Positions 38,753-52,271 of a stretch of DNA of 64,000 bases are shown here, piece after piece; positions within the stretch are counted from its first letter, which is position 1, and each line of letters starts with the position of its first letter. The notes beneath the pieces are model-generated. The model saw only the letters and a list, made by a program, of their open reading frames with translations, had not been told where the DNA came from and searched no databases. The stretch covers positions 84,134,001-84,198,000 of the forward strand of contig NC_043000.1 in the NCBI RefSeq assembly GCF_006345805.1, written 5' to 3'. This DNA is from Octopus sinensis (lineage: Eukaryota). A program made the translations under genes and the position numbers.

Positions 38753-39569
38753 TATATATATACTATACTATATTTTATGTATTTTTATAAGCAGAAAAAC
38801 AGGAGAGGCAGAAAATGAACAAGCGGGAAAGAATATAAGTCCTGTGTAAATTTAAAACCATATACGCACAGACATATACATATATAATACTCACGAATAT
38901 AAGTTCCCACACATACACACACATACACGCACGCACACACATGCACACACATGCACACACATACGAACAGTCACATGAAGACAGCCGCATTTGCACGTAG
39001 TAATACACATATTATCTGACACATTTATATATTATAATTGCATCAATTTCTGAATAGTATTCATTAAGAATTTTCAATAACAAGCCATAGAAGCTACTGT
39101 CTGGTTCATGACGTTTGGTGCATTTGCCGTCCGGCAAACTGCAAGCAAAAAATATTTTCACTCAACCAAAATATTAAGTTTTATATTCCGTAATAGTAAG
39201 CTTACGTTCTTTCTAGGAAAAAAACATATATATAAAATACTTGGTTCCCAGCGGTTGTAAATTAAAGTTGTATTTACTATACTTCAACAAAGCCTTACAG
39301 GTACAACCTATTTCAGTTCTATCTCCAATAGGAAGGTACATGAAGCATATGTATTTTATATATTTTGTATAAAAGTATGGATGTGCACGATTAACCCATG
39401 TGTTAAATATAAAGTTAAATATAAGAAACGATATGGTGAGTAAAGGTATTATTAGAAAACTGGATACTTTTACACAACGAACCTCGTTTTGAGACCGCTG
39501 TATGCGATAGTGTTTAAAATGGATGGTCGGATGGTTGGAGGCATAAGTTCAGACCCTTGAGTGCAGCAT

Positions 39570-40200
39570 CGTATCCCTAAGACATCATTTATCGAACATT
39601 AAAAAGAGAAATGAGTACATCACGCGTATACTGAACCCGAAAGAGATAAAAATCATGAGATTAGGGAAGAACTCCTGAATAGGTACTTTGAGTCTACATC
39701 TGTTCCATATTAACCAAGGTAGCTGAAATAGCTTAAAGAGAAATTCGAGGGAGAAATACTCATCATACCAGCAGTAATTCATACTTAGGTACATAATTTG
39801 CAGGTTGGAGAACATCAACATTATTAACAGGGATAGTAGCTTATCCAAGATCTGTTATAGGTTCATCATGTCATTTCACGGACATACGTCTTTGTTAGCC
39901 AAGAACATGAGAAAACTAATAAATATTTGATCAATAAAAGTGATATGGATGCTATATCCGTGCTGTGACAAAAAAATGTCGATTGTATCATACCAATGTT
40001 GAAGATATCACTCATATTATCAGTATGTCTCCAAAAATACCCGCAAGACATTATCTTCCCATGAGATATGACATTGTTGCTAATCAGACTGCAATGTTAT
40101 ACACAGGAAAGGTACCACGGCACACCAGATCTAAAATGTCTCCACACATTTAAACATAAAGAATACTCGAGGAACATTCCAATAAAAGCAGTATTTCAGT
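39570..40200 (+). mobile_element. R4/Dong-like LINE remnant (C-terminal Zn-knuckle region)
   Basis: QEHEKTNKYLINKSDMDA, CDKKCRLYHTNVEDITHIISMSPKIPARHYLPMRYDIVA, NIPIK; homologous to the 20.5-20.8 kb minus-strand region. Confidence 0.75.
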
Positions 40201-41368
40201 GTTAATATAATGTACCAAATAAAATTCGATGAGACAGGCGCTGTTGTTGAGATCAGCGTATGTCAACGTATAGTTAAAAATTTGAAAAAAAGGTGAACAT
40301 TTTTGGGAAACCAATGAGAAAGCTACTGCTCGTACATTTTAAGCAGAGTCCACAACTGGAGTCTATTATAGCCCAGAAAAGATTATATTGTATTTTTCTA
40401 TTAATTAGATTGTGTACGTGGCTGGCAATTCCACGTCCTTAGCCAGCCACATATATCCCATACTCGAGGATATCCCAGAAACAACTGTAAGATTTTGAAT
40501 TTTTTCCTATAATAATATTGTATATGACTTGTGATGTTTGCCTTGCCTTAATGTTTGGGGTCCTGTTCAACAATTATATATATCTCTATATATAAAACTG
40601 AAATGCGTTTTTAACTCTTGGATTGCTTTCAATGCCACTACATCCCGTCCGATTCGCTCCAAAATTACAGGGACATGTAGAATGAGGTGACGATGCCCGT
40701 GGGCTACCTTATAAATCCCTATATTGAAAGGTGTGGTTGCTAGGGGCCATCTTCCTCACTCACGCTATTTCCTCCTTTCCCTCTCCTACTCCCCTTCATT
40801 TATAACTTTGAGAAGTCCACTCCCGTTATTTAATGTATTCCCCTCAACTCCCTTTCACTCTCCCTTTATAAGTTCGTCAGACGGCTTTCTTTGGTGTATC
40901 TGTCTCCCCTCAACTCCCTTTCACTTTTCCTTTATAAGTTCGTCAGACGGCTTTCTTTGATGTATCTGTCTGCATTCATAGGGAGAATTATCATCGCTAC
41001 CAACAACACACAATCATGAGAACAAATATTATGAATCAGATATTCATTGCGTTCATTTATATATGTGTGTGTGTGTGTGTGTGTTCGTTATATAAATATG
41101 TATATATAATGTATATATACAAAGTGTATATATCTGTATTTATGTATATTAAACTTTTTAATACTTTTTGATAGTTATATATATTTTTAAACAAATTATA
41201 AATATAATTTAATAATTTTTATTTTAAATTTAAATAATTTAAATTTTTCAATTTTATATATTTTCTATATTATATTTTTATTTTTATGTTTTTTTTTTTG
41301 CCTATTAGTGGTTTTATCTCTAATTTAATTTATACATATATATATATAATTTGTATATATAATGCGTG

Positions 41369-41434
<66 letters not shown>

Positions 41435-41485
41435 GTGTGCATTATGTGGTCGATCGGTTCAGCTGAAAATATGCACACCTATGAA

Positions 41486-42528
41486 CCCTTTCGTTACTAT
41501 ATTTCTGACCAAAATACACCCCTTATGTGTTTCAATTAATTTCTAACATAATCATAAAGTTAGTCTGGTTTCATTAAACAACTATAACTTTTTTATTTAT
41601 CAATATATTATTGTGATTTTTGGAAGATAATTTAATGAAATGTTCTCAACCAATTCTATACTATAATTTTTGTCACAAAGTGACTCTAATTGCAGGTAGA
41701 TACAGGTAAATTAAACAAAATATAAAATTATTAAAATTTTGTTCAAACATCGCTATAGAAAATGGGTTATTAGCTAATATTCAATTGGGTATACAACAAA
41801 ATTTTACGATAGAATTTGTTATTCTGGTTAACTTTCTGATACCCATAATAATATTTATGGCAAAATAGTCTTAATTTCATTTAAGGTTGTGGGAAACCAC
41901 TAACTATCCTTTCTTTCGCTTTGTTTACTTTTAGCCTAACGGTTCGTTTCCGCCGTAATGATTTCAAATAGGCTCATTCGAAAAAGTAAAAAGAAATAGT
42001 CTAAGGCTTTACTCTCCTGGGAAAGTCTGTAGCTTGGTCCAGTTTCTTCAGAAAAATCACCGAAAGAAACAGTTTTTCAATTTTCACTCCATTCAGGTGC
42101 CAATTCATTTTCTTTATCGCTGTCGGAGCTCTCGGATTCACTGTTTTCACTTTCGGAAAATGAAACATCAGATTCATTATCAAATACCACGTGCTTTTTT
42201 TTTCAGTCATAGAGTTAGATTTATCAAGGTCTTCAGTAGAAAATCCTTCGAATTCTGACTCGCTGCTTGATATGATGAAATTCGTATCCATTTTTTGTCA
42301 GAATTACAAAGTTTGAAAACACGATAGGAACAAATTTTGGAAAAAAATCTCCCAAAATTCACGGAATTAAAATTATACTTCGATTGTTGTACAAAACTGT
42401 AGATGACTGTTTACGAAGTATAATCACATGTTTTCACGAATGTAATAAATACGGGCGGGTTTGGGCGGTTTGGTCACATTAATCAAAATTTTTTTCGGGC
42501 GGCTTTGGGCGGTTTGGTAACGAAAGGG
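41486..42528 (-). mobile_element. piggyBac-derived non-autonomous element
   Basis: 12-bp TIR CCCTTTCGTTAC / GTAACGAAAGGG; TTAA on the right and TGAA on the left; acidic N-terminal remnant MDTNFIISSSESEFEGFSTEDL (ORF 42001-42291). Confidence 0.75.
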
Positions 42529-43274
42529 TTAAAAGTGCTGGCAAGTTTGCATGACAACTATTTTTTTCCTCAAATGAAAGGCGTGACCTCTAGGACAAAA
42601 TTCCTCATCTTATAAAATGTGGCCCCAGTAGACCCGAATGAAATCGGGTTATATTAACCAAAAGGTGAAAAGGGGTATAAATGGGGCTGGAAGGGGATTA
42701 AAATCTAAAGGAGCGAGTGTTTAGGAATTCTGTTACATCAAGCTAAAAAATTTGCGCCAGCCTTTTAATCTTCAATGTGTTGCCGTCCATGATGAAGAGG
42801 TTTTGAACGCTTGCCATGGTGAGTCTACTGTCGTGAGAAAGAATCACTTCAAAACTTGGTGTTTACGAATTTTCTTTTACATCAAGTTCAAAATTTTACG
42901 CCAGCCGTTAAACTGTCAACACGCTGCTGTCCGTCGTTAAGAAATGCCAGTCATGGTGACTCTTCTATCCTCAGATTCTATCCCTTCAAACTTTGCTTTC
43001 CAATATTTTATTATTTTTATTCAGCTCGCAAGTTCGTCTGTCCCTTTTAAATGTTAGTGTTTTGCTGTCTGCCTTGAAGCAGACCTTTCCGTTGCCACTG
43101 CCTGATATTTATGATTGATCTTTCTAAATATTTTATTTTTCAACTTACTCAATAAATGGGAGAGAGATAGATAAAGATAGAGAGTAAGAGAAAGCGAGGG
43201 AGAGTCCGAGAGAAAAGAAAAGTAAGAAAGTGGGAAAGTGAGAGAGAAAGAAGAGAGAAACAAAGAGGGAGAAT

Positions 43275-43600
43275 CATCATCATCATCATCGTTTAACGTC
43301 CGTTTTCCGTGCTAGCACGGGTTGGACAATTTGACCGGGGTCTGGGAAGCCAGGAGACTGCACCAGGCTCCAGTCTGATCTGGCAGTGTTTCTACAGGTG
43401 GATGACCTTCCTAACGCCAACCACTCTGTGAGTGTAGTGGGTGCTTTTTTCGTGCCGCCGGCACAGGTGCCAGGGGGGCTCGCAGCGGCAACGATCGGTT
43501 GGTGCTTTTTATGTGCCACTGGCTCAGAAGCCAGTCAAGGCGGCGCTGCAATCGGCCACGTTCGGATGGTGCTTTTTACGTGCTGAAAGGAAGCAACAGA
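43275..43600 (-). mobile_element. LINE-tail/SINE-like retroposon fragment
   Basis: Ends in GGACGTTAAACGATGATGATG on the minus strand; internal degenerate GGTGCTTTTTA(C/T)GTG repeats. Family not assigned. Confidence 0.6.
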
Positions 43601-43651
43601 AAGTAACAACCACACTCTTACCCGCGCGTAGAGCGGGTCACCTTCAGCTAG

Positions 43652-43682
<31 letters not shown>

Positions 43683-43895
43683 CGGATGAGAGTTAGTCTA
43701 CGCCTATAACACATTAACACCGAATTAGTTCTCTGACTAGCCCAGATTCTTAAAATTTAATGTTCTAATCATGGTTGCAAAAAGTCCTGCTGAAAAAGCG
43801 TTGGGTGGTAAAAAATATATATGAAGCAGAGAATAAAGTGACAAAAGAGAATTTCTATATAGTATTAAATCATTTATAAACGTTGTTATAACAAA

Positions 43896-44785
43896 CGAGG
43901 TCTGATCAATAAATGTCCGGACTGTTGCCATTTTAACGAAGCTAAAGCACGCAGAATGAAGCCGCTTAGTACGGATTGACCTTGAACTTTGCTGTGTTTT
44001 AACTAAGTTTTAACGTTCTAGCTTACATTCGCTGTTTATAGCAATGCTTGGAAGGCAGGAGGGTAGCGTGTGATCGTCGCAGTAACCATGACAGAGAAAG
44101 TTGTCATGGCGATTCCTGCTCAGAGGCCTACGCAAAGTTGCAGAAAGTGTATAGAGAGGAGTGTATGAGCCGCACACAAGTGTACAAGTGGTTCAGACGT
44201 TTCCAAGATGGCCGAAAAAATGTCAGTATTGACAAACGTTCTGGGAGACCCACAACCAGCAGAACCGAGAGAAACATCGCAGATATCCGTGCATATGTGA
44301 GGGAAAATCATCGAATAACCATCTGTGAGATATCAGAGGATGTGCAGGTTAATTACGGTTCAGTTCAGTCCATCATCACTGAAGATGTGGGTGTGAGATG
44401 CGAGTCTGCCAAGTTTGTACCAAAACTGCTTTCAACTGACAAAAAGACACTCGGGTTTCAGTTGTACAAGATCTTCTTAATTGAGCCCAAAACGATGAAA
44501 ACTTTTTGAAAACTTGGCGTAAGCTTCTGAGCAGGCATTGCCAAGTTTTTGGCAAAATTTGATGCAGATTCTCTCCTCAGCTTCCTGTCATGGTTAATGC
44601 GACTATCACACGCTACACACCTTCCTTCCAAGCACTGCTGTAAACAGAGGAAGTGAGCTGGTATGTTAAAACTTAGTGTGCATGTTCAGCAGAGTTTAAG
44701 GTCAATTCATATCAAGCGGCTTTACTCTTCGTGCGTTAATTCCGTTACTATAGTAACAATTCTGATACTTATTGATCAGAATACG
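43896..44785 (+). mobile_element. Internally deleted mariner element
   Basis: TIR CGAGGTCTGATCAATAAATGTCCGGAC with a decayed inverse at 44757-44785; transposase N-terminus MSRTQVYKWFRRFQDGR...RSGRPTTS...ITICEISE...AKFVPKLL. Confidence 0.88.
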
Positions 44786-45056
44786 CATATTACTTATGTG
44801 TGGACAGGAATTTCTACATTCTTATGTATATTATTGCATTACAATGTTCATACATCAATAAGCCGCTGAAATTCTGAAACAGCTGTAAAGATCAATTATG
44901 GCTAAATAATTTACTTCCATGAATATATTTATGATTACGTTTATATAACATGTTTTCAAAATGATATAATTCAATATACGGTGCTCCTTCATATCATTTG
45001 TCTCTCAGTCTATCTCCGTTTGTCTCTCTCTCTTTCCCTCTCTCTCTATATGTGTA

Positions 45057-45100
<44 letters not shown>

Positions 45101-46062
45101 CACACATATATATTTGTATGTATGTATGCATGTATGTATTTATGAACGAATATATGTAATTATATTCTATATATATTGAGCATATTCGTCTGGTTCCTTG
45201 CAAATTACCTATATATATATATACATACACACACTCACATATATATTTTACATATGTACGGAAGTGTGTTTATGTATATATTTATGTATGTATGTATGTG
45301 AGTGTAGGTATATGTGTATTCATATGTACGTATATGTGTGTATGTGTGTTTGTGTTTGTGCGAGTGTGTTTATAGATGTATACGTGTTTATGTATTTGCT
45401 TAGAATCGTTTATTCATTCAATTAGTCAGCATATTATATTAAGTGATAACGCTTCAAACTAGTTGATGGAACAGTCTAATGGATGCCTGTATTTGTGATA
45501 TATTTTGAGAAATACAAATATTAATAATTTTGCTATTAATATAAATATGAGTGCATCAGCAAATACAGCTAATGTCGTATTTATTGACACACTCTTCAGC
45601 AGTTAATCTACATTGAAATATGGCAAATTCAAAATCTGTGAAGTTTTGAACAGAATTATGACACATTGGGTCTTATGGCTTTGTTGTCGAAAGTGTATAT
45701 ATAATAAGTGTAGATTCGTGTATCTCTTATTTATCTGCGACTTACAACGCTTCTGTTCGTATCGATCAGAAAGCAATCTGTTTCCAGACATAGAATTCTG
45801 TTTCGCTGTATGTCTATTAATATAAATGCTTTGAATTGTTTTGAAACCCTGTCACTTTTCATAACACACACGCACGCACATGCATGCACACACACACGCA
45901 CATACACATGTATATATGTATCATAAATGCATGTATAGGCGTTTTTGTGTATTATATCATGTATTACAAAATAACATATTTCTAGTTTAATGAAACTGAA
46001 ACAGAGATTATCTCGTCGCACGATACTGCGCCACGGTGATCTTCAGCTGAATATATATATTT

Positions 46063-46154
46063 AAGGACTGTGTCAAGTCCTCGTTAAAAGCCTTTGATAT
46101 GCAGGACACTGACTGGGAGAACAATGCCTGTCATCGCCACAGATGGAGGAAGCT
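46063..46154 (+). mobile_element. RTE-like LINE C-terminal coding fragment
   Basis: Translates to KDCVKSSLKAFDMQDTDWENNACHRHRWRK, resembling the RTE ORF end (LK...ID...WE..A.DR..WR). Confidence 0.6.
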
Positions 46155-46748
46155 ATCGGGTAGATAGCGTGAAAAACCTCATAAAAGAAAAAATTTCGAA
46201 AATAATTCTTTCTTATTGAACATATTAATTTATATATAGAGGGCATTATTATACATACATGCCACACGATAAGAGGGACAAAATTAGTCATTTCTCCCAA
46301 AAATTTTACTAATCCCACCGAATGCAATTTTTCAAAGTAAGACATTTAAAAATATGGACTTGTATCACCTGAGGTTTTTCACGCTATCTACCCGATAATT
46401 TCTTGTTAAGTTTTCCTTATTAAGAAGTTGTCCTTAATTGCTAAATTTTTATTCCGAAAAAACTTTCCTTTCCCGAAATGCAATTCGTAAAAGTCTGCCA
46501 TTTACCGGATGTAATATATGTAAACCCACCCATGTGCTTCGTTGAAGTTGATCAGATAGCTGCTCGGCTTAGACGAGTTGGGTTCGTTTATTTATGATAC
46601 GTCCAGGCTTGCTGATGAATACAGATGTATGAAATCACAGGTGATACAAGTCCATATTTTTAAATGTCTTACTTTGAAAAATTGCATTCGGTGGGATTAG
46701 TAAAATTTTTGGTAGAAATGACTAATTTTGTCCCTCTTAGCGTGTGGC

Positions 46749-46754
<6 letters not shown>
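46155..46754 (+). mobile_element. Diverged member of the 478-bp hammerhead family, inverted + direct halves
   Basis: 46155-46371 is a minus-strand copy and 46370-46754 a plus-strand copy; blocks shared with the 14-kb unit include GAGGTTTT(T)CACGCTA.CTACCCGATAATTTCTTGTTAAG and AAATGTCTT.CTTTGAAAAA. Confidence 0.9.
46607..46653 (+). ncRNA. Type I hammerhead ribozyme, complete canonical core
   Basis: GGCTTG CTGATGA ATAC-AGAT-GTAT GAAA TCAC-AG-GTGA T A CAAGTC; predicted cut 46647/46648. Confidence 0.88.
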
Positions 46755-46813
<59 letters not shown>

Positions 46814-46817
<4 letters not shown>

Positions 46818-46975
46818 TAAAAACGGTAAGATAACAAAAGAAAGAAAGGGACCTCAATATTAGAGGAAATTTATCTGTAAATTGATATGTAACAATTATT
46901 CAATAGCCAAGATAAAACTCGGATGCCGAAGTGGAAATCCACAACACCATCTCTTCGGCTATCTGGCCATCTGAA
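46814..46975 (-). mobile_element. Second copy of the 15.56-kb hammerhead-bearing repeat
   Basis: Minus strand reads GATAG CCGAAGA GATG..CATC C GAGT T TTATC; the GAAAC-TC segment is deleted. Confidence 0.7.
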
Positions 46976-46986
46976 AAACGCTATCT

Positions 46987-47326
46987 GAGACCCCATTCAG
47001 TCACGACACAGACCATGGGATTGCACCTAGAAAGTTACTCTCCCAGGCACAAGTCCGGGCAAGGTGGTTTATGGAAGACCAACAGTCGTCCATGCATACT
47101 GGCCTCCACTCTCCACGTCACCAGTGTTATCCAAGGGAAAGTCAAAGGCCGATACAGCTTGACACCTGTGACGTCGCAACTCATTTCTACAGCAGAGTGA
47201 ACTGGAGCGACGTGAAATAAAGTGTGTCTTGCTCAAGAACACAAAACGCAGCCCGGTACAGGATTCTAGCTCACAACCTCACGATCGTAAGCTCGATGCG
47301 GTAACCACCGAGCCATGCGCCTTCAC
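46987..47326 (-). mobile_element. tRNA-derived SINE (fourth family)
   Basis: Reverse complement of the 36631-36953 family. Confidence 0.9.
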
Positions 47327-48029
47327 TAATATATATATGTATATATATATATATATATACGTACATACATACATACATACATATATACATACATATGTGT
47401 GTATGTATGTGTATTTTTTCTGTTTTTAATTATTTATATCCTTCTTTGAAGAAGGGGCTGGTTTCTAACAAAGACACAAAGCTCCAACGCGGGAATGTAG
47501 ATAATGAAAACGATGTCAGATTTTATGCATGAGAGAAGTCTTGCATAGTTTCACTGTACCGCTTACAGAATGTATTTGTAATGTGCAAGTCAGTCGGTTG
47601 GTTTCTTTTTCTGAAAATTTTAGCTTATCCAGATTGACAATTAGGTATTTACTCACAAAATCAAGTGCATCATTTATTATTTATATAAATGTATATTTCT
47701 AATCCGATACAGAAGCTGGCGGTCTTGGAGCAGTTATCCATAGTTATCTTCTTTTTCTTTCATTTTCAAAGAGGTATTCATATCAATAGGACAGCTGACC
47801 TCTATGACGGTACATACTTTTTGTTGTCCGTCTAAAACAACAATATCCGGCCTATTATGCTTATATATGACAGGTGTTTTGATAGAAATTTTTACCAATA
47901 TTCCTTGTGCTTATCAACTACAGGGGTATTTTCTATATTTCTCTATAGTTATTCCAGTACAGTCTTTATGCATTGTTTTTGTGACATCATCGTATCGCAC
48001 AGAGAAGTAGTACTTCGATGACACTTGGG

Positions 48030-48720
48030 CAGCTACAAATCACATGAGTGATGTCTTCCAACTTAGATATGACATAATCGCATCCTGGAACTTAAAGGGT
48101 TTCACTATATTTAGGTATTTTTGTAGCAATCTCCTGTTCTTGGATTGCAAATGCAGAGCCTTAGAAGTGTGATGTAATGAAACGTCAATGTTACTGTCTT
48201 CTTCAAGTCTTCGGGAAATATACCTCAGCATGATCTTTTTTTTTCTTTTTTTGGCATACCGATCTATTCACCTCCAAGTCTAGTCTGGTTGTTATGGGGT
48301 TGTATGGGAGGTCATCTGGAAGAGAGTACTTCCTGAGGAGCTCGCTTCCGATACTTAGGATATTTTTTCCTTCACTTTTCAGCACTAAGTTAATGTATTA
48401 TTTGCTGCTGTTCTTTTTTCTTTTTTTTTCTTCAGTAGCAAGTGCAGTCTCAGAGAAACTATGTGACATTCTAAGGCTGTATGCACTGATCTCAAGACTC
48501 TACCTTCTTTATCTATTCTTACGTTGAGCCTGTTGATATCACTACTTCTGTGGAGATTTTCAGTAAGTATCAGTATCTTATGGGTCTATGGAGTGGGTTT
48601 CTTCAACAGAATAGTGAAATATCCCAAATGTTGGAATCAGCACTGGTACTGAAAATGCATTGTGGGATATTGTCGTGTTGTGAGAAGAGAGTTCCGACTG
48701 CCATATTTTCTAAGTCTGGT
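48030..48720 (-). mobile_element. R4/Dong-like LINE remnant
   Basis: Minus strand gives SAFAIQEQEIATK...KLEDITHV; same region as 20.5-20.8 kb and 39.9 kb. Confidence 0.7.
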
Positions 48721-48800
48721 ATAATATTCTTGGGTTACTATCTTTATTCACAGAACCTTCATATGATATATGTTCATCAAAGCATTCACTATGTGGAATG

Positions 48801-48831
<31 letters not shown>

Positions 48832-49067
48832 CACACACACACACACACATGTATATACATATATGTATAGCATATATTTATATGTATGTTTATCTATAAA
48901 TATACATACATATATGTGCATATTTATACATATATATATATATATCTGAGTGTGTGCGCTCATATTTAAATAATGTTGCTTAACCTATCACTTTGAGCTA
49001 GGTTAACTCTAATTGAACAAACCTATGTTTAAAGGGCTTCTAGATGTCCAAATCATATCTTCTTGTG

Positions 49068-49098
<31 letters not shown>

Positions 49099-49961
49099 CT
49101 ATGTGTGTGTGTGTGTTTGTTTGTTTGTTTGTGTGTGAGTGTGTTTGTGTGTGTGTGTTTGTGTGTCTGTGTATACGTTATGCCTTTAATATTTCCCATT
49201 TTTGAAACAATAGTGTGTCATTTGGAAAAAAAGGGTTAATTCTAACAGATCGAGCAACCAGTCATAGGAACCCTCGCTGGTACATACAGAACTTATACGA
49301 GAGAAACGATCGATAGTCAATGTCTCTTGTACTCTTTTGAAGTATGATTCTACCATGAAATATGTCGGTATTATGACAAGGTTTTAAAACAGTCATCTTC
49401 ACTGAAACAAAAACAAAAACAAAAAACACGAAATACATTGAAATATAAAAATAAACAAAAATCGTTTTCATTTGGTCATATCTAACCATATGAATGTAGT
49501 TATTAAATATTTTAGTGAGCAACACCTATTTATTATTTATTGAACATTTCGCCCGCTTTGTTTTTAAGTGGTTTTATAATATTAATGGATGTTGTTAATT
49601 TCCTGTTTGCCAATAGACTACTAGTTAAGGAAAAAAATGAATTAGCAAGGGAATTTGCCTTAATAGTTTCCAAACATCGAATCTGAAAACATTGACAATA
49701 TTATGGAGAGAGAAAATGATTTACAAAAATACATTAATATATATCTTTTAATATCTATTGAATTTAGGAAAGTTTCATTAGATTGCTTCCTGCCAAGCTC
49801 AAAACTTTGGAAATTAAGTTATTTTATACTGCATTTAGTATTCTCAAAAATGTCCTGTTTTGACGATATATATACATGCATACATACATACATACATACA
49901 TACATACATACATACACACATATGTGTGTATGTATATGTATATATCTCTATATGTATGTGT

Positions 49962-50142
49962 GTAGCTGTAGGTGTTCTAGCCACACAAGTCAGTCATATA
50001 TGTAAGCGTATTCTAATATACGCACAATTATTTGTTCTAAAGTGTATACGTCATATATCACATACAAACGCAAGTGCACTACATATATTAGAATACGCTT
50101 ACATATATGACTGACTTGTGTGGGTAGATCACATACAACTAC
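49962..50142. repeat. Palindrome with perfect 40-bp inner arms
   Basis: 49981-50020 is the exact reverse complement of 50084-50123; 63-nt loop; mismatched outer extension. Confidence 0.92.
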
Positions 50143-50322
50143 ATACATGCACACACACACACACATATATATATTCGTAATAATATGTCTGTGTATATAT
50201 AAATACTGAAGTATTTGTACTTATATATATATGCATGTACGTATGCGTATGTGTGTGTACGGTCATGTATATAAGTGTGCTTATACATGTGCCTATATAT
50301 ATGTATGTATATACCTACATAC

Positions 50323-50367
<45 letters not shown>

Positions 50368-51452
50368 ATATACATACATGCATATATTTATAAGTAAAGA
50401 ATCTATACAAACCAGAAGCATATTTTCGCACGCACCAAGCACACTCATATATTCCACCGCATTTGGTGAGATTTTAAATTGATAGAAAAGGATCTACTGC
50501 TGGATGAACGCAAATAGATTTATCCTTTAAAACTTATAATTAAAGCATTATATGTAATATATTTTAATGGAAGAAATTTCAGCAAAAATCTTTCAATTTT
50601 GGAGCTCTATAATTATGTGTAAGATGCTTTGTGTTCGCAAAATAACAACAATAATTTTTAAAAAAACAACAAACAAAAATCTACGAAATATATCCCACCA
50701 AATGTATTCTTTATATATGCAGTCATGAAAATTATGATGTTCGTTTTCATTCTGATTTCCACAATTATGGTACGAGCTAACAAATTGTGCTATAATTCCA
50801 AAGAATATTGGTTTAGAAGCGAAAGAAAGTTAATTACATTATTTGAAAGTTAGAGCTTTAATAAATGGCGAGATTGTGAAAATGGCAGAATATCGTTTAA
50901 ACTAATCTAATTATTAGATAGAGAAGCTTCATAAAAACGGTTCTGAACATTGTAATTTTAAAATATATTTGTTAAATAGTTTGAGTGTTGCTCAAAATTA
51001 TGTGTACAAAATAAATCATAGCACACCTTATTGTAAGCACCTTGTGTGTGTGGTCTTGTTTATAATGTATTTTAGTCATTGGTCAGGATAATTAACAGAT
51101 ACTTTAATGCATTTTCCAACTAGATTCCAAACTACTCTGTCATAGACACAGAAATATGCAAGTCATAAAGCACTACAAATATAGAGTAATGAGAAAGTTA
51201 TATATCACCTGCTTACTGCACTTCACATCTCAACAGAAGGGAAGCTAAAACCTAAAACTTGAAACCGATGGAACATTAAATTTCTCAATTGTTGCATTTA
51301 TCAACATGATCTTCATTAAAGAATGCTTAACTTATCTTAAATATGCTAATGTGAACATATTTCATACACTGAATATTAAAAGGTAACTTGAAATAAATAT
51401 ACGGGAGAGAAAAAAAAATTGACTAATATATTGCTTTTAAGAACAGGAAGCT

Positions 51453-51492
51453 GTTGAGACATGTTTCGGTTTTATTCTGACCTTATCATTCT
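51453..51492 (-). ncRNA. Isolated decayed hammerhead related to the 3.98-kb motif
   Basis: Minus strand reads ATGATAA GGT-CAGAATAAA-ACC GAAAC ATGT C. Confidence 0.45.
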
Positions 51493-52019
51493 TAATTCTA
51501 CCCATAAAAATATCGTTGATAAAATTATAACGTAAATCTACAAACAGTAAAATTCATCAATTTTTTGAAAATAGGAAAATAGAAGAGTTTAGAAATGAAA
51601 TATATAAGCTCTTTAATATTATGCACATTAAACGTTAATGTAAATTTATCTCTCGTTTTTCATGTGATTAACGTTTTTAGATGAATCTATTAAGTAATGG
51701 AACTTGAAGAAATTATTTCTTACTTATACTCTTCCATTTCTGTTTTTAGAAGACATTTATTATAGTAGCAATATAATTGACTTCAACAGAAATTATTGAA
51801 ATTATTTCTTACAAAAACCCAGCTAGTACTTATTTGCCGACAAAGGCTAACTTTCTAAGTTAGCGTTTGTCGGCAAATAAGTACCGACTCTTCAACTAAA
51901 GCATTCCTTTACACTACAGTATATATATATATAATATATATATATATATATAATTATATATATATATATATATTATATATATATATATATATACAGACAT
52001 ACATACATATCTCTTTTAC

Positions 52020-52215
52020 TCTTTTACTCATTTGCTTCTTTCAGTCATTTGACTGCGGCCATGCTGGAGCACCGCTTTTACTCGAGCAAATCAACCCCAG
52101 GGCTTATACTTTGTGTCTTTTGCCGAACCGCTAAGTAACGGAGACGTAAACACGCCAGCATCGGTTGTCAAGTAATATTGGGGGAACAAACACAGGCACA
52201 CAAACATATACACAC
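52020..52215 (-). mobile_element. SINE 3' part (third family)
   Basis: TTCAGTCATTTGACTGCGGCCATGCTGGAGCACCGC is the reverse complement of the 34.8-kb tail. Confidence 0.85.
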
Positions 52216-52232
52216 ACATATATAGATACATG

Positions 52233-52271
<39 letters not shown>

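Noticed and set aside
40418-40450. Perfect 9-bp GC-rich hairpin GTGGCTGGC/GCCAGCCAC
   Set aside because: Not followed by a CTRR Helitron end or a U-tract; a single short hairpin with no assignable function.
40575-40780. TCTCTATATATAAAACTG as a Helitron 5' end
   Set aside because: No matching 3' hairpin or CTRR found and no second copy in the window.
40843-40975. 66-bp tandem duplication with CTGACGA..ACTT/GAGT..GAAA on the minus strand
   Set aside because: Stem II is plausible but there is no stem III partner, NUH or stem I.
51217-51244. Possible 28-nt microexon on the minus strand (TTTTAG|...GTGCA|GTAAGC)
   Set aside because: Splice-like words are common by chance in 64 kb; no neighbouring exons or homology support it.
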